From the NCBI GenBank assembly GCA_964187785.1, contig OZ076409.1, positions 97,466,001 through 97,530,000 of the forward strand: 64,000 nt of DNA. Reading direction: 5' to 3'. The position numbers were made by a program, and so were the translations under genes. This document shows, piece after piece, positions 28,838 through 40,800 of the stretch. The notes under the pieces are model-generated. The model made no database searches, had not been told where the DNA came from, and saw nothing but the letters and a program-made list of their open reading frames with translations. Position 1 is the stretch's first letter. The number at the start of each line of letters is the position of its first letter. This DNA is from Amphiscolops sp. MND2022. Taxonomy: Eukaryota.

Positions 28838-31800
28838 CATATTATATTTTTCATATTATATTATTTATATTATAGTTTTTATATTATATTATTTCTATTA
28901 TATTATTTATATTATTATATTTTTTATATTATATTATTTAATTATATTATACTATTTACTTCATATTATATTATTTATATTATAATTTTAGTCGGCGTTT
29001 TCGAAGAAAAACCCGACTGATACAGTGGCTAGTTCTTTTCGCCAGTTCAACGCGATCGGTCCACTTTTTGTGCATAATGCACTTTTACCATATGAACTTA
29101 TTACTTCATTTTCAACGCATCCAAAGCCTCTAACATGAGATAAAAAGCCATTCCAAAGCAGAAGAGTCCCCCTTTCCACTTTTTTCGACACTATGAGACT
29201 TTCCCCCTTTTTTCGGCACTGTGAGACTGTTCAAATTTGTCATTTTTTTCCGAAATTTTTTTCATTGCTCAAAGGGTATTTTTGATATTTTGCAACAGAA
29301 TGGATGTTCAAAAAATCCCAAAGCCCCCTCCCCTTTACAGTTTTTGGCACTATGCAACTTACCGGAGACTTCAAAAAAATTTCGAAAAAAATCGAAAAAA
29401 ATTTTCCTCAATTTTTAGTTTTTTGAGAGCTTTTGTTGTCTCCAGTTGTAGGAAAAGTGGTTTTCGAGTCTTATTGAGCCTTAGATATGGCGCCGACTTG
29501 GGCCGTTCCCGGCTTGTTTATTTTATATTATTTATATTATATTATTTACAGAGGAATATATAGAGGTCTACAGTGTGTGAACTCCCTACAGTGCAAGATT
29601 GAGTGACTGACCGATCTGGAAGCAGTAGAAGGGGTTGAACACCTCCTCGACGAGCAGTCTGAAGTAGGACTTGACGGGCACACACATGGAGTTGCTGCCG
29701 TACAACGTCTCCCGGTTGTGTCTCTTGTCGAACCCCCCCTGCCCTGCCCCACCTACACACAACCATCACAACTCAACTCGACTCATCTAACTCAGCTGCA
29801 TTGATATATTGTACATTACACTCAACCAGTGAATTTACTCGTGTACTGAAAACCATGTATCGTGTTTTTCGTATACTTTCCCATAAAGCATCGGTATCGT
29901 GTACGAAAAACCTTCCTTTACGGTACCGTGTATCGACTGTAAAAAGTTCATTCAGAAAACGCATTTTAACAGTCTTTTCTAAATTCGATGGTAAAAGTCT
30001 GTTTCGTTTGTCATCACATCGCAAATTACGAAAAGAAAACATACTTTCCAATGAGAGAGAACTGACCTGAATGGCCAGAACTAGATGTTTGATCCCTTGT
30101 CCCAGTTCTTTTTTGCCAGAATATCAGGATCATTTCATCCCTTTCCGAGTTATTTTTTGTAGGCCAGCGAGCAAAGGCCGAGTAACTGTTATACTCATTT
30201 CGGAAGCCGATGAAATTGCTTATTTTTCTCGTGTAAATCGTATATTTTGAGTAAATCGTGTAAATCGGTAGTTTGTGTAACGGTACCAGAAAATTCGTGT
30301 ATTCCGGTACGGTACATGTAACGACGTCAATTCACTGCACTCAACTCCGTTAATAACGATATTCCGGTTATAGCGATAGAGTTTAACTGTTATCACTGCC
30401 ACGACGCTAGTATATAACTATTTTCGCCTATGACGATATTGGGATATAACGATTAACAAGCCGGGAACGGCCCAAGTCGGCGCCATATCTAAGGCTCAAA
30501 AAGACTCGAAAACCAGTTTTTCTACAACTGGAGACAACAAAAGCTCTCAAAAAACTAAAAATTGAGAAAAAAATTTTCCGAATTTTTTTTTGAAATTTTT
30601 TTTTCGAAGTTTCCGGTAAGTCGCATAGTGCCGAAAAATGTAAAAGGGGGACGCTTTTTAACTCATGTTAGACGCTTTGGATGCGTTGAAAATGAAGTAC
30701 TAAGTACATATGGTAAAAGTTGGTAAATGTGCATTAACCCCAATCGACCTGGGCGTTTTTTAAAATTTTCGAAAAATTTGCCAAAAAAATTTCAATCATC
30801 GATATCTCCACAACTACGCGTACCAGAGGAACGAACTATAGCGCGTTTGAAAGGTCTGATATTGGGCTTTCATTTTGGTCAGGTGAGCCCCTGTCGCCGC
30901 GCGCCCCTTCATTCAGAATTTTAGTCTCTTTTTCCGGTACCGCCGCTTCGCGGCAGTTCCGCACTTCGTGCGGCCCCATACGTGGGGCTTGTAGTAACAA
31001 CAGAATATTATAGGGGTTTGTTGCACCAGGACTTGTTGTGGAAGGGCATGTGGTTGGTTTTTTCTATTGATCAAAGACTTTTGAGAAAACAGGATTTCGT
31101 CAAAATCTGAATTTTGAGAAAATATAAGTCTTTTCTTGTGCAAAAAACCCATTTTTCTCAGCTTTGGAGATATATTCCCTTTTTCTAATGCTTGTGCCGT
31201 TCAAACCAATCTAGGTACCAATTACTTTTCGAAAAAAAACCGTGCTAGAGAAAATGGGCTACTGGCAAAAGGAATCAGAATTTGGAAGAAAAGGTAGGCT
31301 GCTTTAAAGCATCACTAGGTTCATTGGGGTTAATTGGATTAATGCACAAAAAGTGGACGTTACGCGTTGAACTGACGAAAAAAAAACTAGCCACTGTAAG
31401 AGTCGGGATTTTCTTCGAAAACGCCGACTAAAAAACGCCGGTCCCCGGGCAATCGTTATAAGCGGAGTTGACTGTATCAATTATTCATCACCCTACTACC
31501 ACCACAGCAGCATTCAGGATTTCTGTACAGAGTCGAATTATGTAGGGTCGAAATGTTTACCAAATTATTTAGGATCGAATTGTGACTTGTTTTTATCTAG
31601 GATCGAAAGAAGCTAAAATTTCATTCATATTATACCATTGCTGTAGGGCCCTGTATAATTCAATCCTAAAAAACTCGAACATGGAAATTTCAGTCGCAAT
31701 TTTTGATTCTAAATAATTCGACTCAGGAGAGGCAACTCCAGCATTCTTTTGGCAATTTAGAAGTAACGTTGGAAAAATCTCCAATTCATGGAGAGGTCTC

Positions 31801-34800
31801 GTATAATACTCGTCAAATAGGTCACCCATTTTTGGTGGCAACTAAAACGAATAGAAAAGAATAGTTATAGCAATCTCTCTAAAAAGAACAGAAGAGACTT
31901 TGAGCTCGTCATGCGTTTGGCCATGAGAACCAATTTCCTGTGAACAAAACAGTTCTTCTTCATTTCTCAAAAGGTTTTCAAGTCTTGTTGAATTAGAAAA
32001 AGAGTTCGCATAGTTCCTTGTTATCGATTACATAGACTTCATTTATGTTTCTTACAACTTTTTTGACTTGTTCCGCAGTAAGATTCTTCAGTTCCGGGGG
32101 CTTTAAATTAGGTAAAGTAGACGTCTTGAGTTACAAACTTGCGTTTGAGCTTTCAGTTTACGTATTATTGCACAAAGTGCCAAATTTCATGTAAAGTACA
32201 ATTCTATATTCAAAAAGATCGACGTGCTATAATACACTCAACTCCGCTTATAACCAGTGCCCGGGACCGGCGTTTTTCAATTGTTATATCCGAATATCGT
32301 TATGCGCGAAAATCAATATATACTAGCATTGTGGCCGAGACCGTGAAACTCCATCGCTATAACCGGAATATCGTTATAAACGGAGTTGAGTGTTTGATCT
32401 TTTTCAGAAAAAAAATACGATTCTGTCCGTGATATCCAGATATAAATTTTTAATCCGGTACCTCTATGATTAATACTTTCGGTGTCCGGACACTTGCTAC
32501 TAGGACATTTGCTATGCATGCGAAATGCTAAGTTAATTGCCACTAATTGGGTGCCACTTCTACGTTTGCAGAGGAATGAGACTAATTAATGCATTAAAAC
32601 AATCAAGTTAGCTAGAATTTGCCACAATATGTTAAATTGCCCCCGATTAGAAGTCGCGATAAGCCTGAGAATTTTATCCTAAAAGCCATAGTTCACCGTA
32701 TTTCTCCAAATACAGGCCGCGGCTTGTAAGTTTTTTCCGTTGCGATTTCGCGGCCTATATTCGGAGAAATACGGTGAGCTATGGCTTTTAGGATAACATT
32801 TTCAGGCTTAAAGCGGCTTCTAATCGGGGGCGGCCTATATTCGGGGGCGACTTCTATTCGAAGAAACACCGTGACGATAACCGTAAATAACCGGCAAAAC
32901 AATGTCAGGTCATTTCGTTCCATACACTTTCAACCTTTGCATTTTCAACCGTTGCCATTTCAAACCCACATAATTTCATCCTATTGTATTTTCAATCTTC
33001 CGCAATTTCAACCTATACTAATTTAAAACAACTGGATCATCCACCCATTGCAACGGTAAAACATGTCTCGAAGTGCAAAACATCACTGCCAGTTTTTCTG
33101 GTTCTGTTTCTGGCTTCTTCGATTCTGTCCTAAAAAATTGTGATACATTAGTTCCAGGATGTTTGTCCATTTTGGCTGTCTTAAATTCGTTAGGATGTTT
33201 TTCTTCAACATGTCGCTTCATTGTACAGTAACCAATTGTGCCACAATCAAACTTGTAGGGTTGTCGGCACGTTCGACACACAGCAGAGCATTGAGCTGCG
33301 TTAATGTCAAAAAGCGCGTGGTAATCAATATCTGATCTCGGTCTTGTCATGATAGTTAATGCAACAAATGCAAACATTCAAATGCAAACAAATGCAACAT
33401 TCATTAATGCAACAAATGAAATGCGATCAACGAGCTACCATAAGAAAAACAAACATCTGGCATAGTCAATATAATCAGACCATTATCATTAATTTCTTAG
33501 AAATGCATATGATATAATTTAGCGGGTTGACAAACATTTTGCGGGTTGCGGGTTGGAGGTGCGGGTCGAACCGCAGCTAATTTTGGCTCTTTCGTCTTAA
33601 TCCGGTTGAGCTATTATTTCATTATAATAGTTAGAATTGAATCAAACATCCTTAATTATTGGTAAATATTCATCCACACCGTATCAAAACTGGTGTAAAA
33701 ATTAGCACATTTAGGTTTAGAAATGTATGAAAATAAAAACCAGCTCAAATAATAATATAACTAAAAGGACCGATTAGCCAAAATTAGTTTAGATCGAAAT
33801 TGCGGGTGGTTGAAAATGCAATAGGTTGAAATTGTGAGTGGTTGAAATGGCAACGGTTGAACGAAATAGGACGAAATGTCATGTAACCGGCAAAATAGTG
33901 ACTAAACAAGACCAACTGTTAGTGGTGGTGAGAGACTCGGCGGCATCTAGTTGCAGAACTCTTTGAGCGGCTGCTTTGATGTCTGAGAAGGTGAGGAATG
34001 CGTCGAAGGGGGCCAACGCGGAGATGGCACACTTCAATCTGATTGGCTCCCCCTTCTCATCCCCCTCCCCGTCTACTGGGGGCAGGGGCACCTCGGGCGA
34101 CCACACATACCGGACGTTTTTGAACATGAACGTCACAACCAGACTTCCTGAACCGTTTTCACATCGCTAATTTTGTCGCTAGTCGCCAAACCGCTTATTT
34201 CAAAATCGCTATTTCGCTGAAAATTTTCTTCAAACTATTAAACGTTTGACTTCAAAGGTTTTATCAAAATTAAGTGATAACTTATTGGAGGTTTCGTCAG
34301 AAAGAAGACTAGAATTTTCAATTCTGCATGGGCTTTACGAGTGTAAGAGTTGAAATTTTTCGAAATTCATATACTCAGAGGAATTTTGAATTTGGACAAT
34401 CTTAAAACTCAAACGTTTTTTTAATGTTGAAAACATTTTAAACTGTTTTATAACACTTTGTTTTAAATTCTCTGCTGAGTTTCCAATAATCAGATATTGA
34501 ATATCAAAAAATATCGGAAATTTTTTACAAAGAATCATGGAGAGCATCATGGCTACAATTCAGTGAGCGATAACAAAATGTACGTTTTGACACTTTCTCC
34601 GGATCTCATTGGCTAAGAAAAACAAGCCCGGAACGGCCCAAGTCGGCGCCATATCTAGGGCTCAAAAAGACGAAAACAACAAAAGCTCTCAAAAAACTAA
34701 AAATTGAGAAAAAAAATTTCCGAATTTTTTTTCGGAATTTTTTTGAAGTTTCCGGTAAGTCGCATAGTGCCGAAAAATGTAAAAGGGGGACGCTTTGAGA

Positions 34801-37800
34801 TTTTTTGAACATCCATTCTGTTGCAAAATACCAAATATTGATGGGAGGAATAATAAAAAAATTTCGGAAAAAAATCAGTCTCACAGTGCCGAAAAAAGGA
34901 GGAAAGTCTCATAGTGTCGAAAAAAGTGGACCCTTTTGCTTTGGAATGGCTTTTTATCTCATGTTAGAGGCTTTGGATGCGTTGAAAAAGAAGTACTGGG
35001 TACATATGGTAAAAGTTGGTAAATGTGCATTAATGCGCAAAAAGTGGACGCTACGCGTTGAACTGACGAAAAAAAACTAGCCACTGTAAGAGTCGGGATT
35101 TTCTTCGAAAACGCCGACTAAAAAACACATTGTTTTATTTGAATATTGAGTCTGTTTTAAAAGATAACAACACTGAATAGAATCGCTGATAAATTAGCCG
35201 CTAATTAGCGGTGTGAAAACCGTGACAACTTCCTTGCAAAACCTTCATCAACATATCGACACTTTGTTCGCTGCTTCGTTCGTTAGATTCCACCAAGTAA
35301 CTTTTCTTGGCTGCCGGTTTTTCCGCTTCTATCAACAGGTTAGTGTCATTGCAAGCTTCTTCGTCGTCTTCAACCCCGACTATTACGTCATAATCGTCAT
35401 TGGCATTCACTTGGTTATTGTGGGCGGGGCTTGCAGCAGTGAATGAGGAGGTCGAACAGTCGCTGTGACCAGGTGAATCGCTGCCCGAAGCAGAGGTGTG
35501 ATAGCATCGCTAATAGCGCCGATTTTTATGTATTTATTAGCGAATTAGTTAGCGGCGTAAAAAGCTATAAGCCCCGCAAAAATAGCGGGAAAATAGCAAT
35601 TGGCTTCGATCTAGTAAGAGTAAAAGTATTGGGTGTGTCACATCTTACTTGCATCTGATTGGTTGATAGCATATTTCATGCATTTCCATGTCCAATAGCG
35701 CCACAGTCGAGCGATATCGACTCAAGGCCGAAAACTTATATTGTTGCTGAAATATAATCAATTTACGAAGTGAAAATTAGCGGTAGCAAAACCAGAGCCG
35801 CACATGCGGTAAAGGAGTCGGCTTAGGTCTTTTTCCTTCTGACTTTCTCGAATCCCAGTCATACGAATATTGAAATTGCACACATAGGGCCATATTATGG
35901 GGTAGAAAATGACTGTAGAAAATTTCTTCGAATTGTATGGAGAGTTTTTGAGAAATCGAAAAGAAGTCGAAAAATAACTGTTTTTTGGCCATTTTTGGAC
36001 TAATTTTGGCTGTTTCTCACATCCCAGTCATACGATTTTGATGCCTTTGGGTGTAGAATGACTGTGCAAAATTTCAAAAAAAATCGTATGAACAGTTTTT
36101 GAGAAATTTGAAATTTTCATTGAAAGGTCGGCAGAAAAAAACTACACGAATGCATAAGTAGTCAAAAATTTTTGCCGACTCCTACAAAGCGCATTAGCAA
36201 TAAGCGGTGACTCGAAAAGCGCAAATAGCGATAAGCGGATTTTGCATTAGCGATCACACCTCTGGTTCGAAGAGGTTTCGTACACTTCCAGAGGAATTTC
36301 CCTTGAATCCCCATCCTCTGTTTTGACGAGAACCAGGTCGGCACATATGATGGCACACTCCTTGTACTTTAACTTGCACCTGAAGATTTCAACAATTGAT
36401 AATTGAATTTATCTCGTGATACAAAATTGACACACAAAAATCAAACCAAATTATAACAAGTTATAACGGGAACGTTTGAAGTCGGCACTATTTCGAACCT
36501 AAGGCTCAAAAAGCGCAAACTTTTTATATTATGACCAGGACGTTTTTCTCGAAAAAACAAAAAATTTAAACACGCAAAGGGTGCCTTTCGTGCTCGGAAA
36601 ACGCTTCAGAAAATCAAATATAGCGTGCTGAGACAAATGCGAGCGCTTTTTTCGATCCTGCGGCTCCTCCTCAGTAAAACGCAATTTACTTCGGATATAA
36701 CGTCCGAAGTTCAGATACAGCGTGCTGGGACAAACGGGAGCGCTTGTTTTCGAACCTCCGTCTCCCCCTTAGTAAAATAGGCCCCTCCGGGGCACATTAT
36801 TATTTCTGCTTTTATCTTTCATCAATAATAGAATCATATCTGGAATACCAATACACTCCTGTTTAATCATAATTTAGCGCACAATTAATCAGTGTACAAG
36901 TTTACGGTGAATTCCCAAATAAAATTAGAGAAAATAACAAAAACAAAATTAGTTTCAAATAACATATAAATGAAATAGTTTCACTAAACAAAAAAATAAA
37001 ATTGTTTACGAGAAAGTTTTACTGGTCAAAATCATTCACAATTCAAAAGATTAACTGAAAAAAAGTATGAAAATTACACATAAAATTTCGTGAGTTCGAT
37101 TGTTTAACCAGGCATTCGATTTTATTTTTATGTTATTTGAAACTAATTTCATTTTTATGTTAATTGAAACTAATGTTGTTTTTATGTTATTCGCTCTCAT
37201 GTTATTTGGTACGTAATCCAAGTTTACACCGCCTTTAATTCTTCTCGTACTAAAGAAAATATAACTACTAAGCGTAGACAAATGTCGCATTCGCATTTGA
37301 ATGAAGGCGAAGTTCTCAACGAACGAATAATTAACGCATAATTACGAACATTCGCTCGCTTCATCTCAATGACGTCAGCGTACGAATGCATTATTAACAC
37401 TCGCTCGTTCCATCGCACGAGAATTGAAATGTCGGCAGTTTGAGAAATTTAATTCTCACGCTTATAGTCACTGCCGAACAAATCTGAATCATTCAGTATC
37501 GTGCGAAGAATTGTACTGAAAAAAATAGACATCTTGGGATTTCAATAATATTCCTGCTATCGCGGAAATAATAAAAACGCAACAGTATAGTTCGCATATA
37601 ACATCGAAAATTCGGATACACCGCAATATTCTCGAACTTCCACCTCCAAAATATGGACAGTATTGAAAAAAATTATTGGTGGATATATATTGAGAAAACC
37701 TAATATCAGACGAAAAATGAGAATTTGACCAACTTCATAGTGCCAAAGAAGCTACAAGGGGAGCCTTTGCAAATTTCTATAATCCATTCAGTATAATCCA

Positions 37801-40800
37801 AAATATCAAAAAATTGAAGCGGGACCCCTCTGGAGACATTGAAAAATCTCGAAAAAAAAGTCTGACAAAGCCAAAGAAGGGGCGGCGAAAGTCTCATAGT
37901 GCCGAAAAAATTGGGAGGGAAGACACTTCTGCTTTGCAATAGTTTTATATTTCATGTTAGAGGCTTTTGGATGTGTTCAAAATCAAGAACTAAGTACTTA
38001 TGGTAAAAGTGCACAGTGCACAAAAAGTGGACCATTCAGAGTGAGAGTGACAAAAAAACTAGTCGCTGTAATAGTCGGGCACTTTTCCTTAATGGAAAAG
38101 CGCCGGGTAAAACACACCAGAAAAGACTCACAAAGGGCTTCCGCCCGCTAGAAGGGAGTCTTAGCATATTAACCTCGTTAGTAAATTCGTCCTCAAATGA
38201 GGACAGCGATTTTTTTCACAATCAATAAAAAATTACGAAACGCAAAAGGCATATTAGGAAAACGAACGTCTTTCTCATCAACGATCTATTGGACAATTTG
38301 GGACGAGTTGTTATTTGTGTCAATATAGTTTATTTTTCGAACCACAAGCAAAAAAGTAACTTGAAAAAAGTGAAAAATTGCAAAATATACTTTTCAGAAA
38401 ATTAGTTTTTTCTCAATAACACAGCAACTGTTTGCTAAGTTACTGTCACACTTTAGTAACACAGTTTGCCACTAATGAAAACGAATAAAGAAGTTTTTTC
38501 GATGAAGCTTAAGCTGCGAGTTCGACCGGCATTTGAGACCCCCGGCAAAGCCGGGCCCGCGCAGCCGGTGTGGTGCTCTCACCTCAAAAAGTGGCGCAAA
38601 CTCGCAGCTTAACTAGTGTGCATTTGAAAACTTAGTTTAAGGGCTTTCAGGAGCAGAAAACCGGTTGCCAGTTTTTAAGATTTAGGAATCAAACTTTTTC
38701 AAATTCAAATGATATCTTTGATGAAAAAAATTCCTTGAATTGGTTGATAAAAATTGGTCAAGGTAAAACAACAGTTTCCCTTTTCGACAAAAATGTTCAG
38801 AGCCAACGTATACAACATAATCGATTATCTTCACAAACCACTTAGAATAAAACGTGAAAGGCGAGGTAATTTTTTGCACATGACCCAGGAAACTGATTTC
38901 TTGACAATCAATTGCTGGTCAAAACAATTGACTGCTAGCCAGAGATGACCATAGCTGGAAATTCTATTATAGTCTGTTATAGCAATCCTATATTAAACAC
39001 TATATTATTAAAACGGCAGCAACTATTATAGGGGCTATAATATGAACATATATGGAATTTCTATAATAGAATTCTATAATTGCCGCTATCATTGACCAAT
39101 CATACCTCTCGATGATATACAGGAATGAAAATTTTGCCTCGAAATTTGAAAACTAGACTCATCGTTGATGTTATAATAATTTGTTCATAGTCTTCAACGT
39201 TTCGTTATTTTTCAAAAAAAATTCAACTGTTTCCTCCTTAGCTGACTCCCTAGATGGGCGCAAGGATTGAAGCTATAATCATACTATTGACAAAAATTGG
39301 ATCTATAATAGAATTCTATTTATTTTTAATTAATAGCGAAAGCTATAATAAATTCTATAATCAATGATTATAGGGTCATCTCTGCTACTAGCCAAAAGAC
39401 TGCTGGACTCAAAAGGAGGCATATGTGAAAACTTCAACGGATAACTTGTAAATGAACTGAATGAACTTAAAAAGTCGGTTTTCAATCTACATACCATGGG
39501 CTCTCGATCAAGTTATTTCAAGAGAATTACGAGGATCAGCCCGAAGGAAAACGATCTTTAAAAAGATTCAAAATCTCGAGAATCGGCTTCTTTTCAATCA
39601 ATATAAAAATGAGGCCATTACCGAAAAAAAATTAACGATTTTGCAAAACGAACAAAAGACATGTCACATGCTATTTGGCAGTTTTCTGTCCAATACAACT
39701 CAAACACGATATAAACAAGCCGAGAACGGCCAAAGTCGGCGCCATATCTAAGGCTCAAAATTGAAAAGGGTGGACCTTTCGGGCTTTGTGAAACTCCAGC
39801 TGGTTGCAAAAAAATGAAAAAATTGAAGGGGGAAATTGTGTTGCAAAATATCGAAACAAATGAAGGGGGGCCCTATGGTGCAATCCAAAAAGTTTCAAAA
39901 AGTCTCAGTGCCGAAAAAAAGTGGGGATTCTTAGTGTGTTTTCCAGGTTCTGGACGTCTGTTTTGTTTTTTCTTTCCGTTTTGGACGCGCTTCTGAGGTT
40001 GGAGTTGTTGAGGTTTGAAGTTGTTGAGGTTTGACGTTGTTGAACAAATGAACAAAAAAGTGGACCTTACGCGTCTAAAAAAACTACCCACTGTCGGGCA
40101 CATTTTCTACTAAAAGACTGGTAATTTTGATAATAGAACAAAATGTTTTGAAAATGAAACAAAATAAAGCAAAACTGGTCTACTTGATTGATCTTAATAT
40201 CAAAAACTTTTCATTAAATTTTCTCTCAAGAAATCCAGAGGGAGAATTTCGAGAAAAACGATATTTGTTAGTGTCCGAAAAAGAAATTTACCGCTACTTT
40301 CGACAAAGTATTTTTTTAAAAAAAACTATCTCAAAATATGGTTCCACTTGAATCAATAAGCTCCCAATCTTGAATCAGCTATCCTAGTTTCAATTTATTA
40401 CAGGGTTTTGACATCGCTATTATTTCCGCTAATCGCTAAACCGTTAATTTCAAAATCGCCATTCGCTGAAAGGCTTTTTCTTCCGAACTATTGAATGATT
40501 TTCTAGTATGTTTCAAAATTGAACAACATCTTAATCCAAGAAACTTTTCGTCAAGAAATAGCACTAGATTTTTTTACTCTGTGTGGGTTTTACAAGGGTA
40601 AGAATTGGAATGTTTCGAAACTCATGTTGAAACTCCGTGAGCATTCAGAAGAAATTTCGAATTTGGATAACTATTGAGTGCTGCTTATTTAAATCGCTAA
40701 TCAAATCGCTGAAAAATTCAGCGCGGCCGGTAAATCGCTTATTAGCAGTGTCAAAACTCTGATTTATGGTAAGTTATAAATAATAATGAATAATAAAATA

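Noticed and set aside
28703..29020. Hydrophobic Y/I/L-rich ORFs
   Set aside because: Translation of the AT microsatellite
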